From: a virus
IMG/VR virus record: IMGVR_UViG_3300029248_000010
Span: 1 to 53,317 of that record
Reading direction: 5' to 3' (one strand)
Length of the DNA stretch: 53,317 nucleotides
Below, piece after piece: positions 8,508-15,689 of the stretch; positions within the stretch are counted from its first letter, which is position 1; each line of letters starts with the position of its first letter. The translations under genes were made by a program, and so were the position numbers. The notes under the pieces were generated by a model. It saw only the letters and a program-made list of their open reading frames with translations. It was not told the origin of the DNA and ran no database searches.

Positions 8508-9368
8508 ATGAGTATCTACATCAAAGTCAACAACACCGAGTACCCCGCAGCGATCAACGGCAACCGTACTGACCGCGCGTGGGACGGACGTGACACCAAA
8601 ACCATTTACCTCACCATGTCCCACGACGCCGTGGCGGCGCTGCTGCCCGACAACACGCCGTGGAGCATCGTGCTGCACGAGACGGTAAACAAGCTCGACA
8701 ACGACGGCAATCCCACGGGCGAGACCGAGGAGGTCGTTAACGAGTGGGACAACAGCGAATACAGCCTTGCTGGCGACATCACTGACCACCGCAATGGTAC
8801 GGTGAGCGTTAAGATGGGAAAGCCCACGGAATCCGAGCTTTCGGAGGCGACCGTTACGGCGCTGGTCGGCCAGAGCATCACGCCGCAGCGCGCGGCAAGG
8901 CTGCGCCCGGTCATCGAGCAGGCCAGCGCGTCGCTCTCTGACGGCGAGGCGGCGAGCGTGCCGGAACTCATCACAGCATGGGCGTACCCCGTCAAGTGCA
9001 ACGAGGGCGACCGCAGAAGCTACGGCGGCAAGGTGTATAAGTGCCGACAGGCGCATACCTCACAAGCCGACTGGACGCCGGACAAGACGCCCGCGCTGTG
9101 GGCGGTCATCGACGCCGAGCACGCGGGCACGCAGGACGACCCCATCCCCGCAGCGCGCGGCATGGAATACGAATACGGCAAGTATTACCTCGACGGCGAG
9201 GACGGCAAGGTGTACCTCTGCGAGCGCACGGGCGAGGCTGCGGGCGGGAAGATCACGCTGCAATACCTGCCGCACGAGCTCATCGGCAACTATTTCACCC
9301 TTGTGGAGGAGACTGCTATCCAGTCCGTGGAAGATGACTATGCTATCCCCCACATCAGTAAAAAATAA
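8508..9368 (+). CDS. Putative carbohydrate-binding tail-associated protein (CBM5/12-like motif)
   Basis: 286 aa; YGGKVYKCRQAHTSQADWTPDKTPALWAVI resembles the chitin-binding type-3 W..P....ALW signature; last gene of the GC-rich block. Confidence 0.4.
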   Translation: MSIYIKVNNTEYPAAINGNRTDRAWDGRDTKTIYLTMSHDAVAALLPDNTPWSIVLHETVNKLDNDGNPTGETEEVVNEWDNSEYSLAGDITDHRNGTVSVKMGKPTESELSEATVTALVGQSITPQRAARLRPVIEQASASLSDGEAASVPELITAWAYPVKCNEGDRRSYGGKVYKCRQAHTSQADWTPDKTPALWAVIDAEHAGTQDDPIPAARGMEYEYGKYYLDGEDGKVYLCERTGEAAGGKITLQYLPHELIGNYFTLVEETAIQSVEDDYAIPHISKK

Positions 9369-9371
9369 CCC

Positions 9372-9400
9372 TTTACTTTTCCGAATGGAAGATATATAAT
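9372..9400 (+). promoter_or_regulatory. Sigma-A-like promoter element (TTTACT-17-TATAAT)
   Basis: TTTACT 9372-9377, 17-nt spacer, TATAAT 9395-9400. Shares CTTTACTTTTCCGAA box with promoters at 40244 and 47957. Caveat: only 15 nt to the ATG, so the predicted start would clip the RBS. Confidence 0.4.
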
Positions 9401-9415
9401 GAAGGAGGACTCAAG

Positions 9416-10150
9416 ATGAATAAGAAACCTGTTTCCTATCTGCAAACAGACCCTCGATGGAAGAACAAAGACTACTCCGCCAAGGGTGAGTCCACTACTA
9501 TCGGTGCTTCTGGCTGCGGACCGACAGCAGCGGCTATGCTAATTGAGACTCTTACTGGCAAGACCTTCACCCCGGAGGATGCTTGTAGGTGGTCTCTTCA
9601 GCATGGTTACAAGGCGGTCAAACGGGGTACATACTACTCGTACTTTGTACCTCAGTTTGCCTACTTTGGTATCCACTGCTATCAGTTGAGCTGGGAGAAC
9701 ACTTACCACAAGCCTAACTCCAGCGTCCATGACAAAGCCCTTGCACTCCTTAAACAGGGGTACTATCTCATTGCTCTGATGAAGAAAGGTAACTGGACTT
9801 CTGGTGGTCATTTTGTCGTGGTCTGGTGGGCTGATGGTAAGGTTTACATCAATGACCCTGCAAGCAAGAAAATCACTCGTATTGAGGGTGACATGAGCAC
9901 TTTCCGTAACGAAGCTGCTTACTACTGGGTCATTGATGCACGAGAGTACAACAAATCTGCTGGAAAGGAGGATGACGATGAAGTGGTAACTTACAAAACT
10001 CTGAAGGATGTCCCGAGCTGGTACAGACCCAGTGTCCAGAAGGTTGTCGAAAAGGGTGCTCTTAAGGGAGACCAGAACGGAGTTCTGAATGTGTCAGAAG
10101 ACCTATGCCGCGCCCTTACGGTTCTTGACCGTCTTGGGAAACTTGACTAA
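9416..10150 (+). CDS. Endolysin: C39-like papain-fold cysteine peptidase domain plus C-terminal SLH-like repeat
   Basis: 244 aa; YLQTDPRWKNKDY...GASGCGPTAAAMLIE...GGHFVVVWW peptidase signature; C-terminus LKDVPSWYRPSVQKVVEKGALKGDQNGVLNVSEDLCRALTVLDRL resembles one SLH repeat; followed by membrane proteins. Confidence 0.7.
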   Translation: MNKKPVSYLQTDPRWKNKDYSAKGESTTIGASGCGPTAAAMLIETLTGKTFTPEDACRWSLQHGYKAVKRGTYYSYFVPQFAYFGIHCYQLSWENTYHKPNSSVHDKALALLKQGYYLIALMKKGNWTSGGHFVVVWWADGKVYINDPASKKITRIEGDMSTFRNEAAYYWVIDAREYNKSAGKEDDDEVVTYKTLKDVPSWYRPSVQKVVEKGALKGDQNGVLNVSEDLCRALTVLDRLGKLD

Positions 10151-10164
10151 GGAGGTACACCTCT

Positions 10165-10479
10165 ATGGAGGCTATTCTCTTTGTATGCAGCCTTGTGGCC
10201 TGCATCATCGGAGTCTTAACCTTCGTTGTAGGAATGACCAGCCGTGCAAAGAACGATGGTGTGGTCTTACAGAAGATCAATCAGGCCATCGATGGCATTG
10301 AGGAGCTCAAGAGTGACATTAAGGGACTCACATCACAGCAGAATTCCCTTTCCCTCAAGGTTAACTCCCACGAAGAGAAGATCAAGACTCTCTTTAAGAA
10401 CCAGGAAGATGCAAACATCACCAATCAAGCAATCCTTGAGATCCTACGGATCTTAAGAGCTCACGAAGACAGGAGCTGA
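10165..10479 (+). CDS. Holin candidate (N-terminal TM helix plus coiled coil)
   Basis: 104 aa; MEAILFVCSLVACIIGVLTFVVGM hydrophobic helix; directly after endolysin; RBS AAGGAGGT. Confidence 0.5.
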   Translation: MEAILFVCSLVACIIGVLTFVVGMTSRAKNDGVVLQKINQAIDGIEELKSDIKGLTSQQNSLSLKVNSHEEKIKTLFKNQEDANITNQAILEILRILRAHEDRS

Positions 10480-10483
10480 ATGT

Positions 10484-10867
10484 ATGCTCGACAATCCCAT
10501 CAACGATCTTGAAACTCTGCGCAAGGAAGAGGATGCTCTTGACCAGAGTGTGGCACTTAACCACATCGTTATGACCATGCTGGAGTCCAAGCGTCGAGAG
10601 GACTTCTGGCTCAGGGTCATCCTCATTATTAGCATCCTCGCAAATGTAATCATTGCTGCCATCTTTGTGCAGTATGAGAAGGGTATGACTACGACAGAAA
10701 CCATTACTACCACGGTCGAACAAGATACTGGAGAAGGATCTGGCAACAACGTCTACCAGTCAGGTGAGAGTGCCAATTACATCCAAGGAAACTCTGAGGA
10801 GGTAACACCGAATGGCGAAGCAAACTATCACAATAACGCGGACAGTGACACGGACTCACAGTCCTAA
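10484..10867 (+). CDS. Lysis-associated membrane protein candidate
   Basis: 127 aa; coiled-coil N-terminus, TM FWLRVILIISILANVIIAAIFV, low-complexity tail. Confidence 0.4.
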   Translation: MLDNPINDLETLRKEEDALDQSVALNHIVMTMLESKRREDFWLRVILIISILANVIIAAIFVQYEKGMTTTETITTTVEQDTGEGSGNNVYQSGESANYIQGNSEEVTPNGEANYHNNADSDTDSQS

Positions 10868-10976
10868 AGGCTCTACAGTCACCAAGTCCAGTCCCGCTGG
10901 CAAGACCAACATCGGCGGTCATGGTGGTGGGAACCCGAACCGCTGCCCTACCTGTGGTAAGTACCGGTCTAAGTGA
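10812..10976 (+). CDS. Small basic ORF (54 aa) overlapping the tail of ORF 10484 in another frame
   Basis: RBS GAGGAGGT 9 nt before ATG 10812; MAKQTITITRTVTRTHSPKGSTVTKSSPAGKTNIGGHGGGNPNRCPTCGKYRSK; stop 10974-10976 just before the GTG start at 10989. Confidence 0.3.
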   Translation: MAKQTITITRTVTRTHSPKGSTVTKSSPAGKTNIGGHGGGNPNRCPTCGKYRSK

Positions 10977-10988
10977 GGGGTGTTCTAA

Positions 10989-11219
10989 GTGAGCGCCCAC
11001 ATTGAGACCAGGAAACGACTCAAAGCGATCCCAAGTGTGTGCCGCTTTGATGACCTGTTGGAGCAATCAACCTTAACCGATGAGGATAAGGAGATCCTTC
11101 GGTTACACTACCTGAAGGGCAAAGACTTCCGGTACATAGCAGATACGCTCGGCTATGCAGAGATCACAATTAAACAAAGACATGCTAAAGCCCTCGTAAA
11201 GCTGGGTAAGCTGTTCTAA
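10989..11219 (+). CDS. Sigma-70 region-4-like HTH transcription regulator
   Basis: 76 aa, GTG start with GAGGGG RBS; LTDEDKEILRLHYLKGKDFRYIADTLGYAEITIKQRHAKALVKLGKL matches region 4.2 pattern. Confidence 0.65.
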   Translation: MSAHIETRKRLKAIPSVCRFDDLLEQSTLTDEDKEILRLHYLKGKDFRYIADTLGYAEITIKQRHAKALVKLGKLF

Positions 11220-11222
11220 AGC

Positions 11223-11263
11223 AAGAATGCCTCTACTACTTAGGTGGTAGGGGCATTCTTTTT
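11223..11263 (+). terminator. Rho-independent terminator
   Basis: 14-bp stem aagaatgcctctac / gtaggggcattctt (one G-U) followed by ttttt. Confidence 0.8.
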
Positions 11264-11353
11264 GCATACATTCAGCAGCCATCGGTCATACATTCTGCAC
11301 CTGTATAGGTATATACTTATACTCAGGAGAACTCATGTTATGGAGGTACAGCT

Positions 11354-11827
11354 ATGTATGGACAAATGCCTTATCCTTATGGCAATCCCGCAATGCAGAG
11401 TGCGCAGCAGCGTCTTCAGATGATGGAGGCTCAGTATCCACAGTTTGCTGCCAACTATGGTCAGCCCTCTTCCCCTCAGCCTCAGACCCCTGCTGCGCCG
11501 GTGCTCAAGGGTAGACCTGTGTCTAACGAACAGGAAGCCAACGCTGCCATGATCGACTTTGACGGGTCTCTGTTCATTTTCCCTGACAAAGCACATGGCA
11601 AAATCTACACCAAACAGCTCGGTCTTGATGGTAACATCATCTTTGAGAGGTACAGCATCGACCAGCCCCCTGAGGCTGCACCTATGGTAGCCCCGACCAA
11701 ACAGATTGACCTTTCTGGATATGTAAAACGGTCTGAGGTGGAGTCCCTCGTCAACGAGCTGGTTGAGCAGAGGCTATCCAAGATCGAGCAGAAACCTGTC
11801 AACAGTAACAAGGGAGGTAACAAGTGA
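11354..11827 (+). CDS. Hypothetical Q/P/M-rich protein (accessory island gene 1)
   Basis: 157 aa; RBS GGAGGT; low-complexity MYGQMPYPYGNPAMQSAQQ... N-terminus then globular part. Confidence 0.6.
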   Translation: MYGQMPYPYGNPAMQSAQQRLQMMEAQYPQFAANYGQPSSPQPQTPAAPVLKGRPVSNEQEANAAMIDFDGSLFIFPDKAHGKIYTKQLGLDGNIIFERYSIDQPPEAAPMVAPTKQIDLSGYVKRSEVESLVNELVEQRLSKIEQKPVNSNKGGNK

Positions 11828-12042
11828 TGAATCCTATGCAGATGATGGGTGCTATGATGAACCCTATGTCTTTTATGAGTAAGCAGTTTGGAGCTAATCC
11901 TATGTTCCGTCAGGCTCAGCAGATGACTCAGGGTAAGACTCCAGAGCAGATCAAGGATATCTGTATGAACGTATGCAAGCAGAGAGGTATTGACTTCGAT
12001 GAGGCTTGGGCTCAGTTTCAATCCCAGTTTCCGCTGGGTTGA
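11824..12042 (+). CDS. Hypothetical Met/Gln-rich small protein (accessory island gene 2)
   Basis: 72 aa; GTGATG overlap with previous stop; MMNPMQMMGAMMNPMSFMSKQF... Confidence 0.5.
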   Translation: MMNPMQMMGAMMNPMSFMSKQFGANPMFRQAQQMTQGKTPEQIKDICMNVCKQRGIDFDEAWAQFQSQFPLG

Positions 12043-12071
12043 TATAAAATTCTAACAAGGAGGTACTAACA

Positions 12072-12767
12072 ATGGGTATGGAATCTGGTGGCCTGTCTGT
12101 AGCGGATGTTGCCGCGCTGCAGAACAGAAACTCTGACGGCAGTATGTTCGGCGGTGCAGGAGGCACTTGGGTGTGGGTGTTCTTCCTGTTCTTCCTGCTG
12201 GCATGGGGCGGCGGTGGCTTCGGCTTTGGTAACAATGCCGCTGCACAGGGCGCTCTTACCCGTGCCGAGCTCTATGAGGGTCTGAACAATCAGGGTCTTG
12301 AGAACGGCATCCGTGGCATCCAGAACGGTCTCTGTGATGGCTTCTACGCTCAAAACACGACCATGCTTCAGGGTATGAACGGCATCCAGTCTCAGCTCTG
12401 TCAGGGCTTCAACGGGGTGAACAACAACATCGCCGAAAGTCGCTTTGCTGCTCAGCAGTGCTGCTGCGAAACCAACCGTAACATTGACGCCGTCCGTTAC
12501 GAGAACGCTCGTAACACCTGTGACATCGTCAATGCGATCAAGGCCGACGGCGATGCAACTCGTGCGCTCATGACCCAGAACACCATTCAGGAGCTCCGTG
12601 ACCAGCTTCAGGCGGCTCAGCTCCAGCTTGGTACGATGTCTCAGACGCAGACTCTCATCGGTACACTGCGCCCGTTCCCGACTCCGGCCTATATCACTTG
12701 CAGCCCGTATACTGCTGCGAATGGTTATGGCTCTTACGGCTGTGGCTGCAACAACTGCGGCTGCTGA
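12072..12767 (+). CDS. Membrane-anchored Cys-rich protein (accessory island gene 3)
   Basis: 231 aa; RBS AAGGAGGT; GGAGGTWVWVFFLFFLLAWGGGGFGFG hydrophobic Gly-rich segment, Q/N-rich middle with CCC, C-terminal GCGCNNCGC. Confidence 0.65.
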   Translation: MGMESGGLSVADVAALQNRNSDGSMFGGAGGTWVWVFFLFFLLAWGGGGFGFGNNAAAQGALTRAELYEGLNNQGLENGIRGIQNGLCDGFYAQNTTMLQGMNGIQSQLCQGFNGVNNNIAESRFAAQQCCCETNRNIDAVRYENARNTCDIVNAIKADGDATRALMTQNTIQELRDQLQAAQLQLGTMSQTQTLIGTLRPFPTPAYITCSPYTAANGYGSYGCGCNNCGC

Positions 12768-12805
12768 ACTGCATAACCCTTGGCATATAGTTATGCCCAA
12801 CTTTA

Positions 12806-12838
12806 AGAGGAGGGCAAGCGCCCTCCTCTATTTATTAT
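12806..12838 (+). terminator. Rho-independent terminator
   Basis: agaggagggc-aagc-gccctcctct perfect 10-bp stem, then atttattat. Confidence 0.75.
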
Positions 12839-12854
12839 GGAAGGAGAATTTACC

Positions 12855-13277
12855 ATGAAGAACCAGTATGCTAAGTCCTGCATCCGCGTATACAACAACA
12901 CGGTTCAGGCATTCACTGCTGAACCTACTCCGCTCAACCTTGAGGGTACTCCGGTTGTGGATAGTGGCTGCTCCCTCACCCTCAACACGGCGAGTATCCG
13001 GGTCAATAAGTCCGGCTTGTATCATTTGTCTGCAGACGTTACCTATACCCCGACTGCTGCGGGTGTTGCCATTGTCCAGCTCTATAAGGACGGTGTGGCG
13101 CTCCCCTGTGCTATCTCTCAGCAGACGGTCGCAGCCGGTGACGTGTACACTGCTCACGTTGAGACTGACCTGGAGATCATCACCTGCTGTGTGAACCGTC
13201 CTCTCATCACTCTCAATATCAGTGGTGTGGCTGGTAGTGTCAACCACACCTGTACTGGAGCGGTGAAGTTGGCATGA
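12855..13277 (+). CDS. C1q/TNF-like (BclA C-terminal-domain-like) beta-sandwich protein candidate
   Basis: 140 aa from ATG 12855 (RBS GGAAGGAG). The run IRVNKSGLYHLSADVTYTPTAAGVAIVQLYKDGVALP...ITLNISG matches the C1q/BclA-CTD strand pattern by eye only. Confidence 0.4.
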   Translation: MKNQYAKSCIRVYNNTVQAFTAEPTPLNLEGTPVVDSGCSLTLNTASIRVNKSGLYHLSADVTYTPTAAGVAIVQLYKDGVALPCAISQQTVAAGDVYTAHVETDLEIITCCVNRPLITLNISGVAGSVNHTCTGAVKLA

Positions 13278-13474
13278 ACGACCGAGAGCAGTTCACCATC
13301 CTGGATGCTATGACCATAGTGTCATTCATGATTGGGCTTGCTAACTATGGTGAGAATGTTGACCAGAGTGCTATGAGCAAAATCGTGCAGGGTGCTGTGG
13401 ATGACATTCACAGACACCTTGCTGACCAGGATGAGAAGCTGTCTAAACTTCTTACCAAACTGGAGGTGACATAA
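13274..13474 (+). CDS. Hypothetical small protein with hydrophobic N-terminal segment
   Basis: 66 aa; ATGA overlap with upstream stop and TAATG overlap with downstream start (translational coupling). Confidence 0.5.
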   Translation: MNDREQFTILDAMTIVSFMIGLANYGENVDQSAMSKIVQGAVDDIHRHLADQDEKLSKLLTKLEVT

Positions 13475-14082
13475 TGGCAAAGATGAAGTTCTCTGTGGAA
13501 GAGTATGCTCCTAAAGACGTCAAGGAAGTCTTTACTGACATCAATGCCAGACAGATCACGGCGCTCATGTTCCATGATGAGATGGCCGACTTGTTTGATT
13601 TTCTGGGTCTAAGGGGCTTCAAACGGATGCACGAGTATCAGTACTTCGCTGAGTCTGCTGAGCACCGTGCCATCAAGAGGTACTATATCAACCATCATGG
13701 GTCGTTGATCCCTGAGGAGGACCTGGAGCCTGTAGAGATCATCCCATACGACTGGTATCAGTACAACCGAACTGACGTTCCCGCTGGAGTACGTAAACAG
13801 ACCGTGCAGAAAGCCATGGAGCAGTACAAATCTTGGGAGACTGAGACCAAGGCACTCTTTGAGAAGTGTGCTCACTATCTGCTGGAGTGGCACTGCATTG
13901 CAGACTTCAATAGGGTCAATGACCTCATCTGTGACGTAGACATGGAGCTCAAGTATCTGGAGTGTCTATGTTTAGAGCTCCGTGCTGTGGATTACAGTTC
14001 TGAGTATGTGCAAGTGCTTCAGGACAAGTATCATGAGGAGTACAAAGAGAAATGCAAGACGATCGGTGTGGACATCTGCTGA
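13474..14082 (+). CDS. Ferritin-like four-helix-bundle protein candidate
   Basis: 202 aa; MFHDEMADLFDFLGLRGFKRMHEYQYFAESAEHRAIKRYYINHHG resembles the ferritin helix A/B pattern (L.GF...f...s.EE.eHA.kl..y); Cys-rich C-terminus. Confidence 0.4.
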   Translation: MAKMKFSVEEYAPKDVKEVFTDINARQITALMFHDEMADLFDFLGLRGFKRMHEYQYFAESAEHRAIKRYYINHHGSLIPEEDLEPVEIIPYDWYQYNRTDVPAGVRKQTVQKAMEQYKSWETETKALFEKCAHYLLEWHCIADFNRVNDLICDVDMELKYLECLCLELRAVDYSSEYVQVLQDKYHEEYKEKCKTIGVDIC

Positions 14083-14213
14083 GTCAACCTCAGCTATTCA
14101 TAAGGGTCGGTAACGACCGTTATGCCATCATAGATCATCCTCGCTTTGACGTCCCTATGTATGTTTGGAGTGAGACCGAGCAGCACATTGTTCCGTACAG
14201 GCCAAATAAATAA
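14052..14213 (+). CDS. Possible small ORF (53 aa) filling the gap before the terminator
   Basis: ATG 14052 to TAA 14211-14213, ...RVGNDRYAIIDHPRFDVPMYVWSETEQHIVPYRPNK; weak RBS; stop sits 3 nt before the hairpin. Confidence 0.25.
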   Translation: MQDDRCGHLLSQPQLFIRVGNDRYAIIDHPRFDVPMYVWSETEQHIVPYRPNK

Positions 14214-14215
14214 AG

Positions 14216-14248
14216 AAGATCTCCCTCGTCACAAGCGGGGGAGATCTT
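14216..14248. terminator. Bidirectional terminator between the convergent arms
   Basis: aagatctccc / gggagatctt 10-bp stem; T-rich tail on the - strand (cttctttatttattt), weaker on the + strand. Confidence 0.7.
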
Positions 14249-14356
14249 TCTAAGTTTAAATCCTCGAGGAGGTCAGCTGACTTCCGGGGGCAAACTCACC
14301 TACCCCCTCCTCGTAGCTGACGAAATTGCTTAGGTAAACTGACTGAAGAACATGAT

Positions 14357-15238
14357 TTACACGACTTTGCACCGAGTGAGTTCCGTTTGACGTGAACCAC
14401 GGTACTCGGAGTGTGCCTTGATCGTACCACGGAGGATGAGGGTGCTGCCCTCAGACTGGTCAAGGTAGCAACTGGTCTTCCAGACGAACTGATGACCCTC
14501 GGAGTCCACAAAGGTGTACACAAAGGTCGTTCCCCACATAGTGTCAAATCCAGCACGATGAATGAGCTTTACCTCGCGCTCCACCTTGTCACCAATGCTA
14601 CCAAAGTACTCGGTCTTAGGTGCGTGGTCGGCTACATACTGCTCACGGATGGACTTTACATAGTCCATAATGAACCCAGAGGGGATGAAGTACAGAGTGC
14701 CGTCATTACTATACTGACCAATGAGGTCAGTATAGTCACCGGAATCATCCCAGGAGGGAATCCTGTCTTCAATGCTGACCACAACTGTATCAAAACCAGT
14801 GACTTCATGGTCAAAGTGCCAGCCGAACTCAGGATTCCACTTGCAGCCAGTAGCTTTCAGCTCGTCCTTGCGAGAATAGGTCTCACCCATGACTACCCAT
14901 GTCTTACCATCAGCGCTGAAGCCCTGACGACGGAGATATTCGGCATTCCGAGCTTCAGCAGTCTTGCGAGCTTTCTCCAGACGCTTGGCGTCCAGCTTGG
15001 CAGCGTATTCCACAGTTCTAACTATTACCTTGGTAGGATGAACACCGGTACCACCACACAGGAAGCACACACCACCTTCCACATGGTTGTAATAGGAGAT
15101 ATACTTTTTCCCGCTGCACTTAGGGCAGCGACTATCGGTGTAGTAGTGGGTGTCATTACGATCAACTCTGTCCAAGGTCAGGTCAGGATTGATATCAAAT
15201 TCGGTGAAATCATTGTTCTTGACGGTGTACTCTCTCAT
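14357..15238 (-). CDS. DnaJ-type zinc-finger protein with beta-rich (OB-like) C-terminus, function unknown
   Basis: 293 aa; RBS AAGGAGGT; CPKCSGKKY...CFLCGGTG (CxxCxGxG pair); last gene of the - strand arm. Confidence 0.6.
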   Translation of the reverse strand: MREYTVKNNDFTEFDINPDLTLDRVDRNDTHYYTDSRCPKCSGKKYISYYNHVEGGVCFLCGGTGVHPTKVIVRTVEYAAKLDAKRLEKARKTAEARNAEYLRRQGFSADGKTWVVMGETYSRKDELKATGCKWNPEFGWHFDHEVTGFDTVVVSIEDRIPSWDDSGDYTDLIGQYSNDGTLYFIPSGFIMDYVKSIREQYVADHAPKTEYFGSIGDKVEREVKLIHRAGFDTMWGTTFVYTFVDSEGHQFVWKTSCYLDQSEGSTLILRGTIKAHSEYRGSRQTELTRCKVV

Positions 15239-15285
15239 GGTGTTACCTCCTTAAAGTTATTCAATGTAGTTCTGCTTGCTTTCTT

Positions 15286-15510
15286 CTAAATAGTGTATTT
15301 CCAAAAGCGAATTTCCATATCAGAAACATCTTGGTACAACTTAGAAGCAAAATATCGTACCTCGCGGCTTTTCGCCTTATGCTGAAGGTCTTTTACCCGC
15401 TCTGCCAAATCCTTCACCAAAGGATGAAGAGCAGCAAAGGTATCAGCCGTCCCGTCGCACTTGCCCTCAAGTGCGAAATACTCGACCGTCAACTGTTTAA
15501 GTTTGTCCAT
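15286..15510 (-). CDS. Hypothetical protein
   Basis: 74 aa from ATG 15510 (RBS AAAGGAGAGG 5 nt upstream); the track start at 15528 is a TTG inside the RBS. Confidence 0.5.
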   Translation of the reverse strand: MDKLKQLTVEYFALEGKCDGTADTFAALHPLVKDLAERVKDLQHKAKSREVRYFASKLYQDVSDMEIRFWKYTI

Positions 15511-15557
15511 GTCAACCTCTCCTTTCAAATTGAGGGTGCTACCCTTATCGTGATTAC

Positions 15558-15586
15558 ATCATACATCATCTTTTTACAGAAGTAAA
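15558..15586 (-). promoter_or_regulatory. Sigma-A-like promoter (TTTACT-17-TATGAT) on the - strand
   Basis: Reverse complement of agtaaa 15581-15586 and atcata 15558-15563, 17-nt spacer. Confidence 0.6.
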
Positions 15587-15645
15587 GCCCTAAAATCTTG
15601 TGAATAAGTTTGAAAAACTTACGTAAATGCAAGGTTTTAGGGCTT
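15585..15645 (-). terminator. Long stem-loop after the helicase gene; its 3-prime arm overlaps the -35 box
   Basis: aagccctaaaatcttg (15585-15600) pairs with caaggttttagggctt (15630-15645), one mismatch; inner hairpin aagttt-gaaa-aactt; weak U tract. Confidence 0.35.
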
Positions 15646-15689
15646 TTCTCTATGAACTTGTAAGGAAAATACCCAAAAATAGAGAAAAT

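Noticed and set aside
4782-9368. Diversity-generating retroelement targeting the receptor-binding genes
   Set aside because: No reverse transcriptase ORF (no YxDD-type protein) exists anywhere in the genome, and I saw no template/variable repeat pair.
14411-15289. 292-aa + strand ORF
   Set aside because: It is antisense to 14357-15238. The - strand gene has an AAGGAGGT RBS and zinc-finger motifs.
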